A stretch of DNA of 63,466 nucleotides, filler included, from Reticulomyxa filosa (GCA_000512085.1; 25 parts of 25 records of this genome joined end to end with filler, not necessarily neighbours in it), one strand, 5' to 3'; counted from the whole stretch's first letter, positions 25,997 to 38,711 are shown. Translations and numbers: made by a program. The notes: generated by a model not told the origin, from the letters alone.

Positions 25997-26360
25997 CTAA
26001 GGTGCAACCCAAAGCCATTTCAAGTCTTTGCAAGGGGGCCTATTCATGCGTGGCAAACTACGCAAGGCAAGTTTCAGACGGTCTGTTTTTTCAATGGAAG
26101 GATCACACATCCATTGAGGGACTTGTAATCCAAAGATGACATAATCGTTTCTGTAAGCATCCAGAACCAACGCAGTGATGGTAGAATTTTGGTTGAAATA
26201 TCGGACGTACTTCGCCCCATTTCTTTCTAGATTGGTAGCGGAGCCTCCTACTGGGCCAAAATTTACAATACTTGTTTGGTCATCAGCCCTACCAGTCTTC
26301 CATCCTTTTTTTCCATATTGTTCCCAAGTGCCCATACGTTCCATCCATACACGACGATGT
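25997..26360 (-). CDS. Last exon of a probable carbohydrate sulfotransferase (Sulfotransfer_2-like)
   Basis: YF...VLDAYRNDYVIFGLQVPQW matches the C-terminal YxxDFxxFGYxxP motif. Acceptor AAAAAAG at 26361. Confidence 0.5.
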
Positions 26361-26667
26361 CTTTTTTATTTTTTTTTTTGGTATGTGTAAATATGTTCAT
26401 TCATTTCAAAAGTCAAAAAAGGATCAAATTGTACCACTAATATTTTTTTTTTTTTTTGACGAAGTTGTTAAAAAACCAGACGTTGCAATTTCAAAACAAG
26501 TTTATNNNNNNNNNNNNNNNNNNNNNNNNNNNNNNNNNNNNNNNNNNNNTTAATTAATTAANNNNNNNNNNNNNNNNNNNNNNNNNNNNNNNNNNNNNNN
26601 NNNNNTTTTTTTTTTTTTTTTTTTATAAAAAAAAAAAAAAAAAAAAAAACAATCACTTTGAAAAAAG

Positions 26668-28255
26668 GTCCTTGGATGAATTGTTATCCTTGTGTTTGGA
26701 CATGATGGAAATAGACTTTGGCTTGTCACTGGGGTTGTCGGTATTCACATTGCTAGTACTTTTGATACTCGCGTTAGTGTTTTTCAAAGATATTTTACGG
26801 TTTGCGGATTTTTGGTTTTTGCAGCGAGAATTTAAAACGCACATGGTCGTGTTGGTATGCTACACAGCAGCATACTTTGCCACAATGCTCGCGACAGTAG
26901 TGCCGATAGGGTTTGCACAAACAGTGCTGCACAAGAAGGAAAAACAGTACATGCGAAAATTCGAACTGGCGTTTTCCATCGGCGTATGTTTTAACCATCT
27001 CGCCGTGGTCGTGCTGCTATTTATCTCAGGGGTGAGCGTGGTCAGATGGAACAAAAGAGCTCAAAAGATAGTGAGACAGAATACGATGAAATTCGAGGTC
27101 AACACACAACAAAAAGGACATAACGAGCCTCACACTGTCGAAATCAAACAGGCCAAAATAACTGAACTAATTCGGGACAAAGAAGGATATGAAGGTTGGT
27201 TATACGAAAATAAATTAAATAAATACATATACGTATAAATATATATGTATACGTATATGTATTTATTTAGTTTAGTCTCTCTTGCATTCAATTGCATATG
27301 TTATATACATATATATGTATGTATATTGCTATAGCCTTAATGTATCATTTAACCAGAGAATTTAGTGTTGGTTAAGTCATTCTTGTTTTGTTTGTTGGTA
27401 AAAAGTGCAGTGGAGTGAACGTTTACTCTTTGTGTGCATGTACGAGAAATACGTGAAGAAGGGGGACGAGAGGGAGGGGGGGGGGACACATGCATTTGAA
27501 TGGATATAACGGAAGATGTATTGAGAGGGGGATGGATGGGTGGGGGAAAACAGAGAATCTGTTAATGATCACCGAGTTGAAGCAATTTCAAGATTTGCTC
27601 TTTGAATTTGGGTTTTTGCCCCTGATTGGACAAATTTGGGTGACGCCCGTGAAGGTGAACACGGAAGAAGTTACGATCACTGACATAAAGTTACCAAAGG
27701 AAATTGACATCCCATGCTCAGAGGATATTGAGTCCACTCGCGCTCAATTGTATGAAAATCAACGACAGCTCGCGGCAGCCTCATGTCCTCCGGAAGGTGG
27801 AATTGGGAGAGGGGGAACAAAAAGATCAAGTTTTCAAAAAAAGGGTGTTGTTGATCTTATTTACGATATTACCAAAGTTAAACACGATGACAATGCAAAC
27901 ACTGGTGTTGAATCGAATATCGCGAACATTAATACAACAACAACAACAACTACTACTACTACTACTACTACTGATAATAGTACAACTAATGCTAATTCTA
28001 CTACAATGAACAATGCTGAGGCCAATCCCACTACTCAAACCAATCAAGTCAATGACTCTGATAATATCAGTGCCAACACCGCCGCTGCCAATGGAGACTT
28101 GCCATCGGAGCAGGCATTATACTCCAATAGAGCAGCTGTTGACGACTCTAAAATTGGTGATGATGCTCTGTCTATTCAGAAAGCCGTTCCGCTTCTTGAA
28201 ATGGTGGACCTCATAACCGACAGGTATGAGTATATATGTATACTTTATATGTGCA

Positions 28256-28289
<34 letters not shown>

Positions 28290-28840
28290 CTTATGTATAC
28301 GCATGTACATGTACAAAAAGAAAGAAGAGAGAAAGGAAGTTGTAAGAGGTGTGTTTTAATGATATGGAAAGTACTCAAAGCCACCACTCGGATGCGACGG
28401 AAGCAAATGGAAACAAAGTTACGAATAAAGGGCGACGATCACATCCTTCGTGGCGATATGTAGTCCCAGTTTTTTTGAGACTGTTTGAAAAGTACCTGGA
28501 CAACAAAAATGCGCCTTTGATGGTAAATATTTCCGGACGATTGCGACAAGTTATTGGTAAGCACTATATCGAATGCAAAGAGTTCTATGATGAATATTTG
28601 AAAAATGTTGGTGATCTCCAAGGTAGTCTGCTGTTTGCGGTAAATAATATGCTCCACCAAGCTAGCATTCCTAAAAAAAAGGAAGAGGAACAAAATCCTT
28701 CACAAGCTTCGCCAGTGTTAACTGACGAATACTGGTCCACGCTTCTTTTTGATTTGGGACGGGTTGCAGACGAGGTGTTAGATTTAATGCAGGACTCATT
28801 TGCACGCTTTCAATATAATCGCACTACTACTTTGTTGTGA
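26668..28840 (+). CDS. Transmembrane-RGS protein (7TM-RGS-like), 5' truncated
   Basis: TM helices, then spliced EGYE|ALMYHLTREFSV|ENLLMITELKQFQ, LFEKYLD..APLMVNISGRLR, EVLDLMQDSFARF. Introns 27195-27334, 27371-27553 and from 28224. Confidence 0.85.
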
Positions 28841-29193
28841 CCTTTCTTTAATTTTTTTTTTTTGTTGTGCGGGAGAAAGTTTGAATGAACTTTTTGTTGA
28901 TGTGCTCTTCCAATTGATGTTTCAAAGCTGTCATGGATTTTTCTTTTCTTTTTTTTTTTGGTTTTTTCTTTTAATTTGTGTAAACTTGACATGTGAATGA
29001 CGTAAACTGGGGTGTTGTCATATTTTTCTCAATTTTCTTATTTTTTTACTTTTTGTTTTTTTAGTAAGATCCTGCTCGCTCTTTTGTGTTGACTCAATTT
29101 TTACACAAATTTTAAAGGTCTAAGCAAGTAAAACAAAACTGAAACATAGTATAAGTTACACTTTTGATTTTGGTGTATTCTGAAGATTATGTA

Positions 29194-29267
29194 ATATTTT
29201 TCATTTGCCAATACAAATCCATGATTATCTATATTTTTCATTTGCCAATACAAATCCATGATTATCT
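29194..29267 (+). repeat. Perfect 37-bp tandem duplication
   Basis: ATATTTTTCATTTGCCAATACAAATCCATGATTATCT x2. Confidence 0.95.
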
Positions 29268-29781
29268 TATTCTTGCTACAAAAAAATTGCTACAGTTAGT
29301 GATTTTTCGATTGTTTTATAAGTATGAATATATGATATTATTAAAAGAGTGAGCAAGTGAGTAAAGTAGTTTAGACATTTAACACCAAATAAGCTACTTT
29401 CACAAAGTGTCAAATTATTTGTATTTTTAATTAAATCAGAAGATAAAAATAAAAATTGAATTTCTTTATTAATTGCAATTTAATGTGTGCATATTCGTAA
29501 CGTATCAGAGCTGCTTCATTCAGCAAAGAAAGATCAAATAAAGCAAATCTAAAAAGAAATGTTTAAAACAAGGCAATTTTTTCGTGATCGAATATAGTAT
29601 CATTCTGTTTTGAAGAAAATACAAACTTTTCACTTATTGTAACAATTGCAAAAATGTTTCAACTGGAATAAGTTAATTGTGTAGAGGAAAGATAGAAAGT
29701 CGAAATTATGGTCAGTGTTTTGAAAAATCACTGGTGAACGTTGCAAATTTAGGATTTTTGAAGGTCCACATAATAATCAAC

Positions 29782-29976
29782 ATGACCTGGTATTTTGTAG
29801 ATTCAGCTGGCGCAACGCATGGTCCTATGGAGATAAAAGAATTACAATCAAAATATAAAAGTGGTGAAATTGCTGACGACAGCTACGTGTGGAACGGAAC
29901 AGAAGTTAATCAATGGACTGAAATGTGCAGCGTTATTCCTCTATTAAATGAAGTCAAAGCAAGTCCTCAAGCAAGT
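29782..29976 (+). CDS. GYF_2 (DUF4339) domain protein, N-terminus
   Basis: MTWYFVD..THGPMEIKEL..GEIADDSYVWNG..W matches the GYF_2 pattern. Confidence 0.8.
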
Positions 29977-30221
29977 NNNNNNNNNNNNNNNNNNNNNNNN
30001 NNNNNNNNNNNNNNNNNNNNTTAATTAATTAANNNNNNNNNNNNNNNNNNNNNNNNNNNNNNNNNNNNNNNNNNNNCCAGTTTATTCACTTTGTATGCCG
30101 AATGATTCAAATTTTACTACATTTGAAAGAATGTTGATTTCATCCAACAAAAAAAAAGTTATTAAAAAATCAATATCATATTTAAAAACTACAAGACTTG
30201 TAGATATTTTTTAAAAAAAAA

Positions 30222-30310
30222 TTAGGTCTAAATGTTGATTTTTCATTGAGAAAATCAATTATCATCATAAGATATCGTTTTAGGCGTTCAGTTTTCTTTG
30301 CAACATACTG
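30222..30310 (+). mobile_element. High-copy repeat terminus, subfamily A, longest copy
   Basis: TTAGGTCTAAATGTTGATTTTTCATTGAGAAAATCAATT...GCAACATACTG, with an internal inverted repeat TTGATTTT/AAAATCAA. Confidence 0.8.
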
Positions 30311-31436
30311 CATAACCCAAGAAAAATACAACAAATGGGAACTGTTTAGAATATGCAAATGAACGCAATGCTAAAAATGTGAAATATAAGGAAATGATGT
30401 TGGCTGATACTAAAGTAATACGATGATTAAAACTTAGTTCTGATTTTCTGAAGTATGTTGTCAATCACTTGTTTCGTACTTGTACATTATATAATATACA
30501 TAACATTTTGTGTAAATTTAAAAAAAGTTTTGAAAGTTGGATCAATGAAATAAAAATTATCAACAAGTAGAAAAATTTAAGTTACAAAAAAAGAAAAATT
30601 ATAAAAACGTCCCAAAGAGGCAAAACAACAAGTAAGATAATAGCGTCCGTTTCAAAAACAAAATTATTTTTTTGCATTAATTACCAAAGCAAAATCAAAA
30701 ACAAAACTGAGCAACATAATATTTAAAAAAATAAAAAGAAAGGAAAAGAAGGAAAAAGCGAAAAAGAGAAGGTTTGTATCAGGCGGCACCCATTGCTTTT
30801 TTCTTCTTCTTCCTTACTTTTTATTTTTTCCAAAGCACCTTAAAAAAAAGTGGATCTAAATTTGTAAATTCTCTCTAGAGTGATATGTGAAGTGACATAT
30901 CAAAATATGTTCAAAATGAGCACTAATTTTAAAAAATAAAAACTAAAAATAAAAATGAAGTGACCAAACCAGGTTGAGATATTATAGTGTATCATTGTGT
31001 ATTATAGTGGTCTCAATCAGGTGGGATGAGCAATTGAATTTTGTTATTTTATAAGATTTTGTGATTATTTGTTTTTCGAAAAATATTATTTGAAGTATTG
31101 TGCAATGTGCGATTTGATTAAAATTTTGTATTATGTTTAGGTAGACTAGAAAATTTTTTTATTCTGTGAGAGACGAAGATCTTTTTTATGAAAAAATGTA
31201 TTCTTTGAAGAGTGACAATAGTTATGTGCTACGCACTTAACAGCAACTAGGAAAGACGTTCATTAAGAAAAAAACTAGTTCATAATTATACGTTTATACA
31301 CGAAATGTCAAATGTTAAAGCTACATTTTCTTTGATTTTTTACAACATAAGAACAGACACATATCAATCTAACTAAAAAACGCAGTATATATTTTGTTAA
31401 AGTAGAGAACGGGAATGAAAAGTGTAGAAAACAAAA

Positions 31437-34400
31437 ATGACAACAAAAAAAGCAGCATCAACAGTACCAATGCAACGCCTCCTTTTTACGCAGTTGGTTG
31501 AGAATGGTGAAGGAGCCACAATTTCACGATATAACCTTTATTGTCGGAGAGGGCAAAGATCAACAAACAATAAGTGCAAATAAAGGACTATTAGCGATCC
31601 ATTGTCCAGTCTTTGAGGCGATGTTTAACTCACCAATGATCGAATCTACCGGTACTTAATGGACACACACACACATACACGTATACACACATGTATACTC
31701 GAAATTGTTTGGTAATGTGTGTTGTTGTCTGAATCGTAGCCAATAGCCAGGTAGCACTGCCTGAAGTCGACCCGGTAGTGTTTCGAACAATGTTACATTG
31801 GATGGTGAGTGATCAACTGCGAGTTCATAGCATCACGTATTTGCAGCCATTGATACAACTCGCAGATTATTACCAAATCAAGCCATTGGTGAAAACGGGT
31901 TGCTCTTTTCTGAAATCGAACACCATTTCAATCTATGTTATCCACGATGAGTCCCTTCTCAATCACCACAGCACTGACTTGGGATTGGGAGACCACAACT
32001 TGAGAAATGTGTCTTTGCGCGTTCGAATTTTGAATAATTCCACCATCGCGGATGCCAGAGCAGCCATTGCACAATACTTGGGTATTTCTATTTCTATTTT
32101 TATTTTATTTTTTGTTTTGTTTTGTTTTGTCCATGACACAAACAACATATATTTTTAATCTTGCAATTGATAGCACAATTAATCAAACATTGCAAAAAAA
32201 AAAAAAAAAAAAAAAAAAAAGGGGTAAAAAAAAGAAAATATGCAGTTATGGAGAGTAACGCCTCGTAAAAATGGAACGGTCCGACCGAATCGATACTTGG
32301 AAGATGACAATGTACACTCTTCGCTGAAGACCGAGGCGATGGGTCCTCTGGACAACTTCTATTCGCATCCTCCGATGGGAAATGAAGATATTGCGTTTGT
32401 GGACGACCACTTCGACAATGCCAGCAACGGCGAGGAACACGAGGTGGACGAATTGGAGGAGGGCGAAATCAATGATAACGACAATGGTAGTGACAACGAC
32501 AATGACAATGACAATGACAATGTCAATGACGAAACTAGCAACGAAGATGAAGAAGAAGAAGATGGAAATCAGTTTGGACAGGAAGAAGAAGAAGAAGAAG
32601 AGGAGGAAGAGGAAGATATCGAAATGGAACCCAATTTAATCCTCCAATCTTCACCTGACGACACTGCCGAGTTGGAGGCATATAGTTCGGACGAACAGCC
32701 CCAAGCACAGACGCAAGCACAAGTACAAGCACAAACACAAGCACAAGCACAAACACAAACACAAACACAAGCACAAGCGCAAGCACAAGTACAAATACCA
32801 TCACAGCCACAAGTGCAAGTACAACCTATTCCTCCTGCACTTGCATCCGTCCAACCACAAAACATTGGCGGTGCTGTGGGACAAAATGCACTGAACAACG
32901 AAGCGCCACTCAATGCAAATCAAAATAACAATATACACAACGGCGGCAGCTTGGCAAACTTACCCATATCTATGGGCAATGTGTGGAATCCAAATTACAG
33001 CACTGATAGTCTTCATCAAAACGGAAGTAGTGATTCCATTCAAAACAAGTACTTCGTATCTGGTGTGCATTGCATTATTTAATTTATATTTAAAAAATAA
33101 TAATAATGACAATAATGTCCAAGTGTCAAATTTGAAACGCAAGGAAAATAATTTTTTTTTTTCCTTGTCTTTGATTGCAGGTTGGCATAAACATGGCCAC
33201 AAAGCACCATATCTTGCTGATGACAGCTCTGCTGAAGGTCTGTGGGAAGAAGAAGCAGATCAATTTATATTGCATGGCATATCTCCTCCTCCTCCTCCTC
33301 CTCTATTTGAATCATCCAAATCCGTGAAACATCGAGGCATTTACAATGGCGATGGAACCAATTCGCATAGTTCCAATAGCTATAGTCGTCCACAAAAACA
33401 AAAAAGGAGCAATGCGGAGTACACCTCTTCACTAACGGGAATGTATCATCACAAACGAAGAAAATTAAATTCGGACATTAAAAAAGTTGAATGGAAGCAT
33501 TTTACTGGACCCAACCCAACTAAATGTATTTATGCTAGAGCTGTTGGATATGGTTATGGATTACAAGGGCCATCGAATAAACGTGAAAAGTTTTTTTTTT
33601 ATTTAAAAGAAAAAAAAGACAACACAAATTCTTTTTATTTAGTCTTTAACAATGAAGATTCACTCAAATTGTGTCCATATGTTGTGATTTCTACTACTCG
33701 GATGGTCAATTGACATAGACGTCTACGCTTTGAAGGTCTGAAATTCGGTGTCGACAATAACAAAAACGCCAAGGAAAAAAGCAAAGATCGCGAAAAAGAC
33801 AAAAGCTGTCCAAAACCCTTAGATGTTGATGAAAGATCACTCTTGGGAATTGATCAAAGGCTCGACAATAAATCTGAAAAACTGGATGGTTGGGAAGAAA
33901 AAAAAGACCAAAGAGAAAAAAAGGAGTTGTAACTCAATTTTTTTTTTTTTTTTTTTTTTTTTGCACAGTAATCAAAAACAGAAAAAAATATAAATATGTA
34001 TTTGCACTTATACTAACAAAAAGAAGAAGACAAAAGTGACGAGAAGACAACTAAATGGGATAGTCGATGTGGTCTTAACGAGGACAATATAACAATTCCC
34101 AGCTGCATCCAACGTAAAAAAGACAACAACAGTGTTTTACTGTTTTTGAAGTACTTTGATGTGTATCACCAATCCCTAAGTGTTGTCGGGAGTGTCATCA
34201 TTGCAAAAGATGCTTTGATTGTGCATTTGGCACAATTCATACGCATTGTTGCAAATTGGAGCAGTGAACGCGAAATTATATTGTGGGAAGAAGAAGATTG
34301 TGATAATGGAAAAATCCAAGCTTTGGAAGAAAGCAAACAGATTTCTGATTGTCAATTAGTTGATGGTGATATTGTTGTTTTCCAAGAAAAATCATCTTTG

Positions 34401-34535
34401 TTGCCTTTAATGCATTTGCCTGATGCAAAGGTATGCACATTTCATCTTTTCTCTTCAATTGCCAAACATGACTTGTTTTCTAAATAGGCTTTTCTCAAGT
34501 CCTTTGCAAAACCAAAGCAACAAAATGGTCCTTAA
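31437..34535 (+). CDS. BTB/POZ domain fused to USP7-like UBL1-UBL2 (ICP0-binding-type) domains
   Basis: BTB: FHDITFIVG..ISANKGLLAIHCPVFEAMF..LPEVDPVVFRTMLHW..LADYYQI. UBL1: ISIYVIHD..HHSTDL..STIAD..QLWRVTPRKNGTVRP. UBL2: VLLFLKYFD..ILWEE..QLVDGDIVVFQ..LPDAKAF. About seven exons. Homopolymer frameshifts and a TGA at 33711 are unresolved. Confidence 0.78.
32701..32795 (+). repeat. CAAGCA/CAAACA hexamer repeat encoding (QA/QT)n
   Basis: Directly visible inside the BTB-UBL gene linker. Confidence 0.9.
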
Positions 34536-34807
34536 AAATAAATTGAAGTAACTGTCTTTTTCATTTTGCATGTGTTTAACGCGTTCTCTGGTGGATGGTT
34601 TTAAGGGAGGGAAAACTTTTCTATTTTAAGCTGTCAACAAGAAGACTGTCATATTTCAATGCATGCTTCAAATTATCGAGCAGCTATCTCCGTAATAAAT
34701 TTTTATTTCTTAGTACATCTGATTCATACGTTTTTTTTAGAGGGAACAGTTTTTTTGAGTTAGAGCCGTATTATAAAGACCTCCCATTGAATTGAAACGA
34801 CAGAAAA

Positions 34808-36856
34808 ATGGCAACTGCAGCAAAAGAACCACTATTGTCAGAACCACCGAGTGACAGCAACATTGTTGTAACAAATATCCCTGAAAATGAGCCAATTGTG
34901 TCTGACAGCGAAGACCAGAAGAGTCTGGTCAGCAAACAAAAAGTGTTAGAACATCTGCAATTGCTAGAAGAAGTGTATTCAACGACCGTGCAGATTATAC
35001 TTGTTGACTTTGCATGGGCAAATGCAGCAATAACCTCCTCCGCCATATTGTATAGCATAAAACGAAATCCATTGGACAACTATGCAGGAGCTTGGATTTA
35101 TTTTGGTATTTCGTGTGCATGTGCAATATTGTTTGGATTTTTGCCCAGAGCTTGCCAAAATGTCGGATTTGTATCACTGCACAAAAAAGTGGACTCTGTT
35201 CATGTATCATTACAAAACACGAAAGCAAATGAGCCAGATTTAACAAACTCGATGTCCGTCTACTTTTTTGTCACTATCCCTGTTTGTACAAAAGACAAGG
35301 GATTCAAAAACGATCGAATTAAAAGTTGTGAATTTTGTGCGCTTAAAAAAAAAAAAAGAGAGACAGATAAGAAGTCATTAACGAGTAGAAACTCGCGACG
35401 TGTGATAATTAAAGCCTTGGAAGCAACAGGAGCACATACTGACGAAGTGACACGCAATTTAGTGACATTGACAATTGCAGTGTTTGGATTAATTGTCGCG
35501 TTTTCGTTAAGCAATTTGACACAAATGACAGTAGAAAAAGGATTCAAGAGCAAGGACGATGAGAGTTTTTCTTTGGGGATGCTATGGACTTATGCAGTGC
35601 TCATGTTTCTTGCAGGTTCCTTTTTTTTTTTTTTTTGGAAAGGCCATTTTCAGTCGTTAAGTTTGACTTTTTTTTATATTGACATCGGCGGGGGGGGGGG
35701 GAACACAAAAGGTATTTTTAGCATCACCAAATTATCCAAGTACGTGGAAGATGCAAACGGTGAAGAATTAACCAAGGCTGTGGATCAACCGGAATATTTA
35801 GAATTACGCAATGATTTGTTGACTTTGTCTCATAGCATGCGCTGCTTTCGCTTGTATTCTGTTGCTGTTGCACTGTGCATGGCGTGGGCTATTCGCGATG
35901 CGATGAGCTATACTATTGTTCGTATATTCTACGGGACGTATCAACGAAGAGAAGGCAATCGTAGGGCAATGGTTGCGTTGTGGATTTATGTTTTATTGCT
36001 GAGTTCGATTGTTGCTTGGGTTAATATGAGGCTTGAAAAGAAAGGCTATGTTTCACAGCAAAAATTAGATTTGACAAAGTTTTCTCGGCGCGAAACTCAA
36101 TTGATTGCATACATGACTTTCAATGTCTTGCAAACTGTCATTGGTATGCATAAATATATACACGTTTTTTTTCTAATTTTTTAGTAAAATATGATAACAT
36201 TTTTGAAATAGGCTTGGCAATATACGATGCAATCATTGCTTCTTGTGAACACGGTAGAACAAATGACCTCCGCTTGTCAGTATATTGGGCAGTGGTTGTT
36301 GCTTGTATTACGACAAGTGTTATTGGGACATTTTACTTGAAGAAACGGAATCTTGAAAGTAATTCTTCAACTGAAGAAACAGAAGCACAGCAAACACATT
36401 CTTCTCAGATCACAAGTAAGCGCAAAGAATATGGCAAAAAATGGTTGGAATTATGGGTCAGCTCGCTTGGTATTGCTGGATCCTTTGCTGGTGCTGATGC
36501 TGTCACATTTACTTGGGTAGTTCTTTTTGGCAGCGACTACGACCCTAGTTTTGTATTATGTTCGTTTGCTCATTTCGATGGATGAAAAAAAACAAAATAC
36601 ATTAAATATAACATTAGGTTCCCCTAATGGTGCGAACAACAGTGAGGTGCTCAGTTTATGGCTTTCTGTGTTTATTTCATATTTGGTGAGCGCACTCATC
36701 ATCACTTACCTTTCTAAATCAATGGATGCGTTCAAAGAAAAACGAAAAAATTTTGCCGACAGCTTGATCGCTGATCAAAATCAACAAAATACTGACCAAT
36801 CTCCAAACGAACAAAACACTGATCAACCTTCAAACGAGCAATCTCAGTCTAAATAA
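34808..36856 (+). CDS. 569-aa multi-pass membrane protein with five tandem two-TM repeats (DUF5654/MscL-like)
   Basis: Exons 34808-35253, 35359-35615, 35712-36143, 36212-36547, 36618-36856 sum to 1710 nt with GT..AG introns. Five TM hairpins carry G/A-xxx-A-x-A-xx-D/N-A first helices. Confidence 0.8.
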
Positions 36857-38711
36857 TATTGCAACCCAATAATTTTATTGTTTAAGTTTTTTACGTTTTG
36901 GCATTGTTTCAATTTTAAAGTGATCACACTTAATCACACATTGTCACTATTTATATTTGGAAAAATAAACAAAAGTATCAATTATTTTTAAAATAATATA
37001 ACAAACATATCTCACACTTGACATTAAAGTAAAAATAGAATCAAATGTAAAGATAAGAAAACACAACCACGTAAAGTCTACAAATTAATAATTTATTTTA
37101 TGAAAAGTCTATCATTAGTTTTTGTAACATTAATAACGAACATATGCAATCTCTTGTTAAAAAAAAATTAAAGACACTCTTATCATTAAGATCAAACTCA
37201 AAAGAGTAGTTAAGTAAGATTTTGAGATAAATGAAGATATAGTCAGTCATCTCACATATATGGCACGCTGATAGTGTCTAAATACAGTAAGATAAAAAAG
37301 AAAGTTGACACATAAAATGCCACCTTATNNNNNNNNNNNNNNNNNNNNNNNNNNNNNNNNNNNNNNNNNNNNTTAATTAATTAANNNNNNNNNNNNNNNN
37401 NNNNNNNNNNNNNNNNNNNNNNNNNNNNTGAAGAGGAAAAGGTTTGTAATTAGTTTGATGAGCAACAATAAATATTGTCATCAAAAACTGTCTAAAAGGA
37501 GATTGCCAGTTAATTAAGTCCTTTTGATTGATTTTGTGCTGTCAAAAATTTCTCATGTCTCAGAAAATTCGTCCCTTCTATTTTTTAAATCTTCTCTTTG
37601 ATCTTGTTCACACGTTCAACAAAGTTTTGTGATCCAATTGAACCAAAAAAGTGCACCAGTCAAAAACGTTCAAAAAAAAAGAACAAATAAAATCATATTC
37701 AACAAAATCACACTGAACACCAAATAAAAGAAAGTGAAAATATAATTCATAATAAAATACGACGACAAACTCAGACAACTGAAAAGGTGCTCAAAAAGAG
37801 GCTGATTCCATTTTTTTTATTTTTGTATCTTGTTGAAAAAAACAAGTGGCAGTGTTTATGTTTTTAATACTAATGTCTTGTACAATGTATTTGATATTTG
37901 TAAGAAAATTCTTGGTTTAAGTATCACACATTTAAATATAATCTGATATTTCTTTGCAATAAATGAAAAAATAGTAATAATATTTATTCAAAAAATGATT
38001 CATTCTTGTAATAATTCTTGTACCAAAGATATTATTCAAATTGTTATTAACTGCCATTTGCTTATTCAACAGTTTCTGGTTAGCTTTTGTTTCGTTACTA
38101 CTTTCATCAAAACAGTAAAAATAAAGTTCTACTTTTTGTAGTTTCTGAATTGATAATAATTTTTCATTAATTGCATGCACAAATAAGAACATTTGAATGA
38201 AATTGAAAATTTCTATACTTTGTTGAAAAAAAAGTTATGTCATTACAGTTGAAATGAAGAAGCGGTACAAATGAGACCAAAAGATATTAAAGGGGTATGT
38301 CCATCACCTAAAAAAAGGTTCACTGCTATCCGATGAAGATATTACTGTAATGGACAAGAAGGGATCATATTTGAAAAAAATTGCCAGTGTGCTAAATATA
38401 GCTTATTTTATTTGATTTTGGATGCCATATTCAAACAAAGCATGTTATTACAGCGTATAATTGTGGAAAACTTAGAAATTTCCTTTTCTTCAAAAACGTA
38501 CTGGTTTTACTTTTGGCTTGCATTAGTCACATTTTTCAGATTATTTATGAATTAGAAAAAATGTGATTGCTTCATATCAAACTTTTTTGTGACTTTGTAT
38601 CTCATTATTCANNNNNNNNNNNNNNNNNNNNNNNNNNNNNNNNNNNNNNNNNNNNTTAATTAATTAANNNNNNNNNNNNNNNNNNNNNNNNNNNNNNNNN
38701 NNNNNNNNNNN

